NCBI GenBank assembly: GCA_903824935.1
Contig: CAIJYT010000078.1
Location: forward strand, 1-64,000
Origin: an uncultured Bacteroidales bacterium
GTDB lineage: Bacteria > Bacteroidota > Bacteroidia > Bacteroidales > FEN-979
Length of the DNA: 64,000 nt
Direction of reading: 5' to 3'
Within the stretch, counting starts at the first letter, position 1. The number at the start of each line of letters is the position of its first letter. This document shows positions 22,301-30,631 of this stretch, piece after piece. The translations under genes were made by a program, and so were the position numbers. The notes beneath the pieces were generated by a model, which was not told where the DNA came from, searched no databases, and saw only the letters and a list, made by a program, of their open reading frames with translations.

Positions 22301-22940
22301 CACCTCATCTTCAGTTACACTGACTGTTTTATCGGGTAGCGTACTTTCAATTTGCCCTTACAATTTTACAGATCCCCGGGATAACTCGGTTTACTATGCC
22401 CATACCATGGGCGGCCGCTGCTGGATGCTCAGTAACCTGAATTACGGCACCCAGCTGAATCCTCAAAGCAAGCCCCAAAGCGACAACTGCACTGTTGAGA
22501 AATATTGCAGCTTTGCAGATGCCAATTGCACGGTGTACGGTGGATTATATCAATGGGATGAACTGATGCAGTACCGGGTACCTTCAGCCGGAGAGTACCT
22601 CCAGGGCCTCTGCCCCCCCGAATGGCATGTGCCTACCTCTTCTGAATGGCAGATGCTGATCGACGGGCAAACCAATCCGGGGAATGGTATCGCAGGCGGG
22701 GACCTTAAAGACCCGAATCCAGCCTTTGGTTTCAAAGGATTGCTCATGGGGATCTTCTACCAGAACGATACCTGGGACTTTACCAGTGGCAATCTTACCG
22801 CAACTATGTTCTGGACCTCCACTACGGTTGGCAGCACCAGGGCCCTTATCCGTGGGCTGAACTCCTACGTTGAAAGCGTGTCGGCTTATAATTCACTGCA
22901 TTCCAATGCTTTTCCTGTGCGTTGTGTAAAAGACTTCTAA
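19386..22940 (+). CDS. Large secreted surface protein with Ig-like/PKD-like repeats and a C-terminal 'Fibrobacter succinogenes major paralogous' domain (the track start is TTG 19377; ATG at 19386).
   Basis: ~1185 aa. Signal-like N-terminus. Repeated ~80-aa modules of the form P.P.ISG...C.G....Y......Y.W.V.G.......S..I.V.WG. The C-terminus carries CWMLSNLNYGT...YGGLYQWDE...CPPEWHVPTSSEWQML, matching the Fib_succ_major pattern also present in the next gene. Confidence 0.6.
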   Translation: MRNPLNPSIFAGSTRNRYFLFLPLLGILFLLFPFSAFPQQHKDVPFYLGHQIPPGNIPQNSSSSGHTVPMYDPLTGNLNTTCPNSNFETGTWANWTGCYGRYATPCSHVGLLTTGAHPLHKIITGPGWLDHQTCDSMVNVFPGENFVARVGDTMYTGAIDKEAELKYAVTVSSSNYLFIYRYAVVLQTGGHTPPSSYQPDFRIQIVNASGTVLDSTCGYYYITAQLNGPAIPPWHRCINSTGNVYWKNWTTVGMDLAPYLGQTVYIVFKVRGCSYNTHFGYAYVSTYCSSLIIQTALCQGDSTATLTAPPGFSHYLWSSGDTLEQITVPHPTTGSQYWVKLTAYNGCTDTIWNTLTYTIVTANYTFTPSCPGVPTQFNDNSTVNQNQIVSWTWDWGDGSGVTTTASPNLTHTFLNPGTFNVKMIAHSTEGCKDSITKPVTIDSLAIVTNNPMIKTICSGDHINTTFTSNVSTVGFTWIATPQHPPTTSGYHSNAVLKTYLNDTLFNVGLIPDTVRYVLSPHNNTCIGRDTTYKVVVLPKPSLSNTVLSQSVCSGSPSTAVTLVPLPGPPAVVTFNWTASPSSPLLTGYISSATGSLSIPVQTIINTTGIPQYVDYSITAYLQATSACPGDTKVYRINVNPLPTPFISGLASVCAGTSGVIYSTPNATGHDYIWTVTGSLSFTGNHTNSITVNWGAGPTGTVRVQEIDLTQPTNCSTTTPVYNVALNAYPTPVISGNHTPCGLSVQSYTLGSPQNGHSYVWTVSGGAPASGTSSGISVTWGNTNPISITASETIDYGGGVSCSATAPAFSLNLITFPLPAGTISGTNPVCNTWTRTYTVPPIGNADSYTWAYLPATGVTITNNGASADLAFDLTATSGTLRVHGNKTGCGSGPDSPVYPVTVNPLPYISLTSCNDPKTTTSSRQFYLKGGVPLGGQYYLDGTLVPGGLITPGSLSTTTHQITYRYTDMHTCTSTSSSVTLTVLSGSVLSICPYNFTDPRDNSVYYAHTMGGRCWMLSNLNYGTQLNPQSKPQSDNCTVEKYCSFADANCTVYGGLYQWDELMQYRVPSAGEYLQGLCPPEWHVPTSSEWQMLIDGQTNPGNGIAGGDLKDPNPAFGFKGLLMGIFYQNDTWDFTSGNLTATMFWTSTTVGSTRALIRGLNSYVESVSAYNSLHSNAFPVRCVKDF

Positions 22941-22996
22941 CTTCTCAGGCAGGATGTTTTATATTTTTTATTATCTTCGCTTTAAATAGAATCCAG

Positions 22997-23665
22997 GTGA
23001 AGACCCTCAGCACCATTATCCTTGCTTTTTGCCTCATTGCCTCCATTTCGCCTTCCCGGGCCCAGGGCGGTATGAGGGATAGGGAAGGAAACAATTATAA
23101 AACCTTTGTCATTGCAAATAAAGTCTGGATGGCCGAGAACCTGAATGTTTCGCATTACAGGAACGGCGATGCCATTCCTGAAGCAAAATCTCATGCAGAA
23201 TGGGACCGCTACTGCGAAAGCAAAACAGGCTGCTGGTCCTATTATAATTTTAGTGCAGCAAACGGACACAAATACGGCAGGTTGTATAACTGGTATGCAG
23301 TGGATGATAAAAGAGGCCTGGCGCCTTCAGGCTGGCACATCCCAAAAGATGTTGAATGGCTTGTATTCACTAATATCCCCAACCTGGGATTGCGTCCGGG
23401 CCTGGGTATGAAAAACACCTGGGGTTGGGATAAAGGGGATAACAACTGCTCAGGGTCCAATGACACCGGGTTCAGCGGTCTCCCCGGCGGCATACTGGTT
23501 AACGGTAAATTCGAAAGCCTCGGGCTCATCGGCCAATGGTGGTGCGCCACCGAAACCGAGGTCAGTTTTGCAAGGACAAGAAGCCTTTGGGCCGACAGTG
23601 ATGACCTCTGGCTTATGAACACACTGAAACAGTGCGGCAGTTCGGTCAGATGCGTTAAAAACTGA
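22997..23665 (+). CDS. Small secreted 'Fibrobacter succinogenes major paralogous'-domain protein (GTG 22997 gives a clean signal peptide; the track ORF begins at TTG 22922).
   Basis: Motifs KVWMAENLNVSHYRNGD, YGRLYNWYAV, PSGWHIPKDVEWLVF and C-terminal SSVRCVKN parallel the C-terminus of the preceding gene, which ends VRCVKDF. Confidence 0.55.
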   Translation: MKTLSTIILAFCLIASISPSRAQGGMRDREGNNYKTFVIANKVWMAENLNVSHYRNGDAIPEAKSHAEWDRYCESKTGCWSYYNFSAANGHKYGRLYNWYAVDDKRGLAPSGWHIPKDVEWLVFTNIPNLGLRPGLGMKNTWGWDKGDNNCSGSNDTGFSGLPGGILVNGKFESLGLIGQWWCATETEVSFARTRSLWADSDDLWLMNTLKQCGSSVRCVKN

Positions 23666-23714
23666 TTCGCTACAGGGTATTTTCCCAAAATAGATTAACA
23701 ATCAGGTCTGGATT

Positions 23715-24785
23715 TCAGTGCAGTTCCGAGATCATTTTCTTTGAAGGCCGGTAACGCCTCCAGAACCTGAAACGGGTCAGTGATGTATAATAGAACAGCT
23801 CCCTTACCAGGGGGATCTTCAGAAGATAATGATACACGCGATAGGTCACGATCAGGCCGGCGAAAGTTACGCCCCACCTGGCAAAAGTGAAGGGAATCTT
23901 AAGCCATCCTTTATCCGCGGGTAAAGTTACCAGGGACGAAACCCACCTCCAAAACAGCACCAGGATCACCAGGTTGATCAGGAACATTGCGGCTGTAATA
24001 TACCCATGAGCCGTCTCTATCGCCCTTTTCGGGCAGTTGTTCATACAGCGCATGCAGCTTTCACAGCGGTATGACCAGAACGGGCGCTTGTCGACAATAA
24101 CAATTGCTTTTACAGGGCAGTTTTCCACGCAAATGTCGCAGCGGTCGCAGTCAAGGGTAGCATAAAAGGTCTTTGCCAGCATAAACCTGCCCATAAAGAA
24201 ATAGGCTATTGCAACAGGGCTGAAAAGGATATCCTGGATGATGTCGCGAAAAGCTGTATAAACCCGCTTCCCGTCAAGTATCCTGGATGCAAAAGCAACT
24301 GTGATCCTCTTGCAATGGCCATAAATGGATTCGACTACTTTCTCCTTTACCCCCGGATGAAAAGAGATCCAGTTCGAAGGCAGGTCAATGGACCTTAAAC
24401 CCACGATGTGGTATCCCTTGCATAAGAGAATGATGGCCGAAAGCCAAAGGGCAAGACCGCTCAGCCCGGGTACAAACCATTTTGACAGTTTCAATCCGGC
24501 CCTGGTATTCATAAGAAAAAAACGGTTCCCGTTCGACCTTGGGAACCTGAAAAGAAAATACATACTTACCGGCGGGTAATTGAAGCCATGCGTGGGAGAG
24601 ACAAAACCTATCATTGTGCCTGCCGGGGGCCTGGGAATATGCTTCCTGTCAATCATGGCGATGTCGATCACTTCGGTCGGGATCTTGCGCTCAACAGCCA
24701 CCCCCGAAATCCATTTGGCAACATTACGGGCATTGCCGGTGCCCGAAAAATAATAAATGACAAGCTGCTTAACTTCCGAAGGCAT
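23715..24785 (-). CDS. Membrane-associated flavodoxin-like / 4Fe-4S dicluster ferredoxin-domain protein.
   Basis: N-terminal flavodoxin-type signature VIYYFSGTGNARNVAKW. Several hydrophobic helices. C-terminus has two CxxCxxCxxxCP clusters (CDRCDICVENCP ... CESCMRCMNNCP). Confidence 0.55.
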   Translation of the reverse strand: MPSEVKQLVIYYFSGTGNARNVAKWISGVAVERKIPTEVIDIAMIDRKHIPRPPAGTMIGFVSPTHGFNYPPVSMYFLFRFPRSNGNRFFLMNTRAGLKLSKWFVPGLSGLALWLSAIILLCKGYHIVGLRSIDLPSNWISFHPGVKEKVVESIYGHCKRITVAFASRILDGKRVYTAFRDIIQDILFSPVAIAYFFMGRFMLAKTFYATLDCDRCDICVENCPVKAIVIVDKRPFWSYRCESCMRCMNNCPKRAIETAHGYITAAMFLINLVILVLFWRWVSSLVTLPADKGWLKIPFTFARWGVTFAGLIVTYRVYHYLLKIPLVRELFYYTSLTRFRFWRRYRPSKKMISELH

Positions 24786-24925
24786 CTGAACTCAATTTTA
24801 CCATGACAAATTTAAATTAAGCCATCAACAAAATGAAAAATTTAATTTATGAAAAGCCTGAATTGAGATACTTATGCGTAAATTTGACAAGATTCTTCCG
24901 TTTTCAAAGGATCAAAAATAATGCC

Positions 24926-25579
24926 ATGAAAAAGGATAACCTTCTCCTGATCATTTTTATTATCACTGCCATTCTTTCCTGTAATAAAAAGGATACAACG
25001 TATACTTCATCCCCCGAAGCCGCATCATCCCAGTACTATGTCCTGGACATCAGTCCGAAGATCCCCAGGCCGGGGTTTACCATCCTGCCCCTTGCCGCTT
25101 TCCAGCAGACCACCGAATATACCTGCGGACCGGCAGCAGTTGTCACCCTTTTGAATTACTATGGACGAAAGGGCGATGAGATGACCATCGCCTCTGAAAT
25201 GGGTACAAGCACGACCAAAGGCACCACACTTCCCCAGATGGCCGGCTGGTTAAAGGCAAATGGTTTCAATATAAGCTCAGGCGAAGGAGGAAGCCTCGAC
25301 CTGATCCGCCAGAACCTTGCAAAAAACATACCCACACTGATCGAATGGAGCGACTGGGGAGGGCATTGGGTGCTGGCTATCGGCTATGATACCAGGAATA
25401 CTGTTAATCTCATGGATGATGTTATTATTTTCGCCGATCCATACGACCGACATGATGATTATAGAGACGGGGTTGACTGGTTCAATGCTCAGCGCTTTTA
25501 TTATATGTGGTATGATGCTTTGCTGTTTGGGAAAGTGATGAGACGGATCTATATTACCGCCACACCCCTGACACTTTAA
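24926..25579 (+). CDS. Lipoprotein with a C39-like papain-fold cysteine-peptidase domain.
   Basis: Lipobox-like MKKDNLLLIIFIITAILSC. Catalytic-type Cys in EYTCGPAAVVTLLNYYG and His in GGHWVLAIGYD (Peptidase_C39_2-like arrangement). Confidence 0.5.
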   Translation: MKKDNLLLIIFIITAILSCNKKDTTYTSSPEAASSQYYVLDISPKIPRPGFTILPLAAFQQTTEYTCGPAAVVTLLNYYGRKGDEMTIASEMGTSTTKGTTLPQMAGWLKANGFNISSGEGGSLDLIRQNLAKNIPTLIEWSDWGGHWVLAIGYDTRNTVNLMDDVIIFADPYDRHDDYRDGVDWFNAQRFYYMWYDALLFGKVMRRIYITATPLTL

Positions 25580-25672
25580 TTCCGTTTATGACTTTCAATG
25601 TATTTATGATATAAGTAACCCAGTTTGCCGAAAATGGAAAACAGAGTAGGCATTTACTAAAATCTTAAAAAA

Positions 25673-27946
25673 ATGATTACATTTTCGTTTATACTCACTG
25701 CGGCACTTATTGTGTTAGCAGTAATTTTTCTGCTTATCCTTGTTTTCAGTTCCATAATGATAGTAGGAGGCCGGGAAATCAAGGTTCTTGAAAGAAGATG
25801 GTTCGGCAAACAGATGCCGAAGGACCGTGTATTCGCAATGAGTAATGAAATAGGAATTCAGGCACGTACCAAAGGCCCGGGACTATATTTCCTTATCCCT
25901 TTTATTTATACCCGGAAGCACCAGGATTTCACGATTATCGGGAAAGACGAGGTTGGTCTTCTGATCTCGCTGGACGGGAATCCGGTACCTTCGGGTAAGA
26001 TCTTTGCAAAACCTGTTGAATGCAACCTGTACCAGGATGGCGAAGCTTTCCTGAGCAATGCGGGTGAAAAAGGGCCACAGATCCCTATACTTCCCCCGGG
26101 GATATACAGGATCAATTCCTTCCTGTTCAATATCAGCAAGGAACCTGTAACAGTTATAGGCGAGAACCAGGTAGGTATTGTCGAATCCATTGACGGAGCG
26201 CCCATCCCGGCCGGAAGAATTTTCGGGAAGGTGGTGGACTGTGATCTGTTCCAGGATGGGGCTGCATTCCTGAGGAACGGGGGTGAAAAAGGGCCCCAGA
26301 TCAAGACCCTGCCCCCGGGAAATTACCGTATCAATACACGGCTCTTCAAGGTGACAGCCGTGCCGGTTACAGTTGTGGAAAAAGGCCAGGTGGGCGTAGT
26401 AACCTCCCAGGACGGGAAACAGATCAGCGGGGGAAGGTTGCTTTCAAAAGCAGTAACTGATCACAGCAATTTCGAGGATGGTGAAGCATTCCTTAACAGA
26501 GGAGGTGAGAAGGGCCCCCAGACCTCCATTCTTTTCCCCGGCAAATACCGTGTGAACCCGGCTTTGTTCAAGGTCGAGATCAGGGATACCATAGTTATCC
26601 CTGATAAGAAGATCGGTATCGTGGTGGCCCGCGACGGGCAGCCCCTGCCCGATACCGAATACGTAGCAAAACCGGTTGAAGGGCACAATAATTTCCAGGA
26701 CGTCACTAAATTTCTTGAAAGCGGCGGTCAGCGAGGCCCACAGTTTGACGTGCTGAAACCCGGGACCTATTATATCAACCCTCTTATGTTCAGCGTGGAA
26801 CTGGATGATGTTGCAGTAGTGGAACGAGGACAGGTTGCTGTGGTTGTGTCCAACGTGGGAGCAGAACCTCCCCAGGTCAGACAGATCACCGATCAGATAG
26901 CCAAAGATGAAAAAGAACTGAGCGATGTCACAACTGATGATACGAAACCTATAGACAAAAGGGTTGATGTGGGACTGGAACGATATGTAGTGCCCAAGGG
27001 GTTCCGCGGGATACAGCAGGAAGTCGCCGGCCCCGGTATTTATTACCTGAACCGCCGTGCTTATATCGCCTATATCGTTGATACGACCAACATCACCATC
27101 GACTGGGACGACTCCAAGGAAACACGTTTCGATCCACTGAGAGTGGTCTCCCACGACGGTTTCTCAATTAATGTTTCGGTGAAAGTCGTAATACGTGTAC
27201 GTCCCGACCAGGCTCCGTACATGGTGGCCAAGATAGGATCAATCCAGAACCTCGTCGACCACGTTATACATCCCATGATAGATTCCAGCTTCCGCAACCA
27301 GGCTTCAGCCACTTCAGCCATGAACTTCATGCAAAACCGTCACGAGGAGCAACAGAAAGCCGAAGACCGCGCCAGGGGCGAACTTGAAAAGTACCACGTA
27401 GAGCTGGTGAGCGTGCTTATCTGCCAGATCCAGTTGCCGGAGGACCTGATGAAAACCCAGACCGAAAGGATAATAGCACAACAGCAGCAGGCTATGTACG
27501 CCGAACAGCAGAAAGCACAGCAGTCGCGTATTTCTATGGAAAAGACCACCGCCGAAGCCAATAAGCAGCCCGACCTGGTAACCTCCGAGATTGATGTGAA
27601 AGTAGCCGACAACCTGAAGAAAAAGGCCATCCTCCTGGCCGAGGGTGAAGGCGAATCCATAAGGCTGAAACGCGAAGGGGAGGCAAAAGGTATAGAAGCT
27701 GTAGGAAGGGCCGAAGGTGTCGCCATCGAAGCAAAAGGTTCTGCAACAGCCGAAGCCTATGAAAAACAAAAACAGGCAATCGGGGAACAGGGTGTTATCG
27801 CTGTACAGGTAGCCGAGAAAATCGCAGCCGGGAACATGAAAATCGTACCCGATACCCTCGTCACCAGCGGAGATGATAACGGGGGACTGGGCCAGCTGAT
27901 AGCCGGGTTCCTGAGCAAAAAGATTACCGGAAGCAAGCCGCAGTAA
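25673..27946 (+). CDS. Flotillin/SPFH (band-7) family protein with an expanded N-terminal region of ~5 tandem ~75-aa repeats.
   Basis: 757 aa with an N-terminal TM helix. The C-terminal region shows flotillin-type coiled-coil and EA-rich segments (QQAMYAEQQKAQQ ... AEGEGESIRLKREGEAKGIEAVGRAEGVAIEAKG). Repeats each carry FQDG.AFL..GGEKGPQ...LPPG.YRIN. Confidence 0.7.
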   Translation: MITFSFILTAALIVLAVIFLLILVFSSIMIVGGREIKVLERRWFGKQMPKDRVFAMSNEIGIQARTKGPGLYFLIPFIYTRKHQDFTIIGKDEVGLLISLDGNPVPSGKIFAKPVECNLYQDGEAFLSNAGEKGPQIPILPPGIYRINSFLFNISKEPVTVIGENQVGIVESIDGAPIPAGRIFGKVVDCDLFQDGAAFLRNGGEKGPQIKTLPPGNYRINTRLFKVTAVPVTVVEKGQVGVVTSQDGKQISGGRLLSKAVTDHSNFEDGEAFLNRGGEKGPQTSILFPGKYRVNPALFKVEIRDTIVIPDKKIGIVVARDGQPLPDTEYVAKPVEGHNNFQDVTKFLESGGQRGPQFDVLKPGTYYINPLMFSVELDDVAVVERGQVAVVVSNVGAEPPQVRQITDQIAKDEKELSDVTTDDTKPIDKRVDVGLERYVVPKGFRGIQQEVAGPGIYYLNRRAYIAYIVDTTNITIDWDDSKETRFDPLRVVSHDGFSINVSVKVVIRVRPDQAPYMVAKIGSIQNLVDHVIHPMIDSSFRNQASATSAMNFMQNRHEEQQKAEDRARGELEKYHVELVSVLICQIQLPEDLMKTQTERIIAQQQQAMYAEQQKAQQSRISMEKTTAEANKQPDLVTSEIDVKVADNLKKKAILLAEGEGESIRLKREGEAKGIEAVGRAEGVAIEAKGSATAEAYEKQKQAIGEQGVIAVQVAEKIAAGNMKIVPDTLVTSGDDNGGLGQLIAGFLSKKITGSKPQ
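25952..26850 (+). repeat. Intragenic tandem repeats (~220-225 nt units, ~4-5 copies) encoding the repeated module of the flotillin-like protein.
   Basis: The DNA motif ggtgaaaaagggcc(a/c)cagatc recurs at ~26063, ~26284 and ~26503 (as ggtgagaagggcccccagacc). The protein repeats are VG.V.S.DG.P.P.G.IF.K.V.......FQDG.AFL..GGEKGPQ...LPPG.YRIN..LF.V. Confidence 0.6.
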
Positions 27947-27962
27947 CGGCTTGTTACTGGTT

Positions 27963-28940
27963 TTAAATCTCGACCTGTAGCCCGATACCGGCTGCGAAGG
28001 CCTTTTCATACACCAGTTTGGCGGTTGCAGCATCCTGTATCGCCAGCCCGTTGGACTTGAAGAGGGTGATCTCGCTGTTGTCCAGCCTGCCCGGCTTTCT
28101 GCCTGTTACGATCTCGCCGAGTTCGGCATAAAAATGCTCCTTTTGGATCTCACCTGCATTTAACGGGATCATGATGTCGCCGGCTTCCTTGAAGCAGGCT
28201 TCCATCGAATCGCCGACGAACTTCGAACGTTTCACGATGGCCGAATCCAGTTCCCTGGCATTCGGAGTATGGCTGCCGATACCATTGATATGTGTGCCTT
28301 CCCTGACTTTATTCCCGTCGAACAAAGGAGTTGGTGAGGAGGTCGCCGTCACAAGGATATCAGCCTTCATGAGTTCATCAGGTGAAGCCGCGGCAATAAT
28401 TTCAAGATTCAGTTTAGGCCCCATTTCTCCGATAAATTTTTTCATTGCCTCTTCCGAAAGATCATAAACCAGGGCTTTTGAAAGACTCCTTGCTTCGGCC
28501 ATGGCCCAAAGCTGCATCTTTGCCTGTACTCCGGCGCCAAAGAAACCTGCTACCTGGCCCGTATCTTTCCTGGCAAGATGCCGGGTTGCCACACCGCTGG
28601 CAGCGCCTGTGCGGACGGCAGTGAGATATCCGCCGTCCATAATACACATGACATCACCCGTCCCCGGATCCTGCAAAAGGACTTTCCCGATCGTGGTGGG
28701 GAGATTATACTTTGCGGGGTTATTCTTATACACAGTGACGACCTTACAGGCCAGCGCTCCCATCTGTTTCAGGTAGGCGGGCATATACAGGGAAATGCCG
28801 TCGGGAGGCGCAATGGCAGTTCGTAACGGAAGTACGGCTGTGCCTGCAGCAAGTTCGCCAAAGGCCTGTTCAACAACGGCCATACAGTCTTTCATGTTCA
28901 ATACCGAAGCAACTTCGCTTCTGCTCAGGATCAGTGTCAT
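27963..28940 (-). CDS. Ornithine cyclodeaminase / mu-crystallin family protein (the track ORF extends to 29009; ATG 28940 avoids overlap with the next gene).
   Basis: Rossmann region GAGVQAKMQLWAM plus an OCD-like N-terminal domain, ~325 aa. Confidence 0.7.
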   Translation of the reverse strand: MTLILSRSEVASVLNMKDCMAVVEQAFGELAAGTAVLPLRTAIAPPDGISLYMPAYLKQMGALACKVVTVYKNNPAKYNLPTTIGKVLLQDPGTGDVMCIMDGGYLTAVRTGAASGVATRHLARKDTGQVAGFFGAGVQAKMQLWAMAEARSLSKALVYDLSEEAMKKFIGEMGPKLNLEIIAAASPDELMKADILVTATSSPTPLFDGNKVREGTHINGIGSHTPNARELDSAIVKRSKFVGDSMEACFKEAGDIMIPLNAGEIQKEHFYAELGEIVTGRKPGRLDNSEITLFKSNGLAIQDAATAKLVYEKAFAAGIGLQVEI

Positions 28941-28953
28941 GGGATTTACGGTT

Positions 28954-29247
28954 TTAAGTTTTGTTTCGAATGCTGGAAAGCTTGATATACCTCGCTCTGT
29001 CAATATCAAATGTTAGTTGAAAAAGATAAGGATTCGCAGCATAGTTCCGGATTTTAGGATACGCTTGTTTGTCAAGTTTACCATCCTTATAAACTTCAAG
29101 CATCAGTTCTGTGGCTTCAATCGCATTTTTTTTACATTCTGAGATTGTTTCACATTGAGTATATACCGTTTTCCAGTCAAGACAAAATACAGAGAATCCT
29201 CCTTCTTTCTCTGGTGCTATTTTATATGTTAATGACAGAAGTTTCAT
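28954..29247 (-). CDS. HicB-like (UPF0150) type II antitoxin-family protein, apparently orphan.
   Basis: 97 aa. The core EKEGGFSVFCLDWKTVYTQCETISECKKNAIEATELMLE matches the HicB_like fold pattern (..GGY.a..Pdl.gc.tqG.T.eEa..n..EAie..le). No HicA-sized ORF is adjacent. Confidence 0.55.
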   Translation of the reverse strand: MKLLSLTYKIAPEKEGGFSVFCLDWKTVYTQCETISECKKNAIEATELMLEVYKDGKLDKQAYPKIRNYAANPYLFQLTFDIDRARYIKLSSIRNKT

Positions 29248-29249
29248 TT

Positions 29250-29342
29250 TATTCTGATTTTAATTCGGCGATTTCGACAAGTTTTTTAGTGTGTTCAAAA
29301 ACACCTTTCTTCCATGAATAAGCAGGTTTTTTTGTACTCATT
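29250..29342 (-). CDS. Hypothetical 30-aa ORF (MSTKKPAYSWKKGVFEHTKKLVEIAELKSE) ending 2 nt before the HicB-like start, in the position where a toxin gene would be expected.
   Basis: ATG at 29342 and TAA at 29250-29252, same strand and tightly coupled to the HicB-like gene. It is too short and too dissimilar to be a HicA. Confidence 0.2.
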
Positions 29343-29518
29343 GCAAAGTTATTAAATCGACAATGAAAACTGTCTATTTATAACTTAATCCATCAAATAG
29401 TTAAAAGTGATATTACAAGAGGAATTATAAGTGATATTGGGAATCATGGGACAATCAAACTGGTGAAGGACCAGTCTTCAAACAAAATGATCTTCCACCG
29501 AAAAAGTGATCAATAAAA

Positions 29519-29557
29519 AACCCCCCGTTTTCAGAAAGCGGAGGGTTTTTAAATATC
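29519..29557 (-). terminator. Rho-independent terminator downstream of the His-rich lipoprotein gene; it also reads as a hairpin plus T-run on the + strand.
   Basis: Plus strand: aaaaaaccccccgttttcagaaagcggagggttttt. On the minus strand this is a ccctccgc/gcgggggg-type stem followed by a TTTTTT run, directly after the stop at 29569. Confidence 0.55.
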
Positions 29558-29568
29558 AAAATTGAGTT

Positions 29569-30351
29569 TTAGCGGGTGCAGATCAGCGTGCCGTCGGATT
29601 TCAGGCGGACACTGATTCGAACCCTGGCAAGATGCAGGTATACCACATATTGCAGGCTGCCGTCGGCCATGGTGTACTTTTCTGCTTTATCACAGAGTTC
29701 GTAGGTTGAATAATTTGCGGTGATGTAATCTTTCACTGCCTGGGGTGTGTCGGTATAGTTTATACGCGAGGCCTGTAAAAGAAAGGCGCCGGTACCGCTG
29801 AAGATAAGCTTTACGGGTTCCAATCCGCTTTGGCCGATCATGACTTCGGTAACCAGTCCTTCAACACAGAGGGAATCATATTCGGCATGCATGATGGTGT
29901 CGCCGGGGAAGTTTGTTGAAATATAGTCTTTGATAACCGATGAAAGTGAATCGATGGGTATGCCGTGTGGACCTCCGTGATGCCCGCCACCGTGATGGCC
30001 TCCGCCATGATGTCCGCCACCACAACCTGTGGAATCATGATAGATGGTGTCGCCGGGGTGGCCGCCGTCATGATGTCCTTTGCCGTTGCCCATAAAACCG
30101 CCATCATTATTGAAGGCAAGTTCTTCCGTGGTATTCAAACCAACAATGAACCTGGCAGTTGAAGCTGCCTGGAGTAAAACATAATCTATTGTTGCATCAG
30201 GATAGTTCGATACGACATAGGTAGCCGCATTCGCAGGTAATGAAGTGGCCTGGGTAGTTTGTGAAGTCGTGCTGGTGGTCTGATCTTTCTTGCTGCAGGA
30301 ACTCATCGTGACCAGGGCTGTGATGAGCATCAGGAACATTGCTTTTCTCAT
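29569..30351 (-). CDS. His/Gly-rich lipoprotein with PepSY-like (beta-lactamase-inhibitor-like) domains; a putative periplasmic metal-binding protein.
   Basis: Lipoprotein signal MRKAMFLMLITALVTMSSC. Central tract HHDGGHPGDTIYHDSTGCGGGHHGGGHHGGGHHGGPHG. Flanking motifs PQAVKDYITANY and VIKDYISTNFPGDT are typical of PepSY-like/DUF modules. Confidence 0.55.
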   Translation of the reverse strand: MRKAMFLMLITALVTMSSCSKKDQTTSTTSQTTQATSLPANAATYVVSNYPDATIDYVLLQAASTARFIVGLNTTEELAFNNDGGFMGNGKGHHDGGHPGDTIYHDSTGCGGGHHGGGHHGGGHHGGPHGIPIDSLSSVIKDYISTNFPGDTIMHAEYDSLCVEGLVTEVMIGQSGLEPVKLIFSGTGAFLLQASRINYTDTPQAVKDYITANYSTYELCDKAEKYTMADGSLQYVVYLHLARVRISVRLKSDGTLICTR

Positions 30352-30631
30352 AGTAGATAGAATTTGGTTAAGCCTTTTTTTATCGCATCAAGGCATGGCG
30401 TCCGATTCATAATTCATTGTAAGAACAGGAGGTATTGATGCTTCATTCAGAATCTTTTCTTAATAAACACGGAATTTACCAATGGTTGCCTGGGTAATGA
30501 GAATATAGGTAAAAATAATGCCAAATGTCCTTGTCATCAGTTAAGTAGGTTGATCCTGCAAAATTATTTCGTTCCTTTGTAACACTTGAACTTCCTATGC
30601 GTCATTTTTTAAAACATAATATATTTAGGAC

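Noticed and set aside
26444-28033. Minus-strand ORFs 26444..27154 (236 aa) and 27314..28033 (239 aa) overlapping the flotillin gene
   Set aside because: They are antisense to the flotillin SPFH/coiled-coil region, low-complexity, and overlap the OCD gene start. No motif support.
29250-29342. 30-aa ORF upstream of HicB as a HicA toxin
   Set aside because: HicA proteins are ~55-65 aa with a conserved dsRBD-like fold and a catalytic His. This peptide is half that length and shows no similarity. It is reported only as a hypothetical small ORF.
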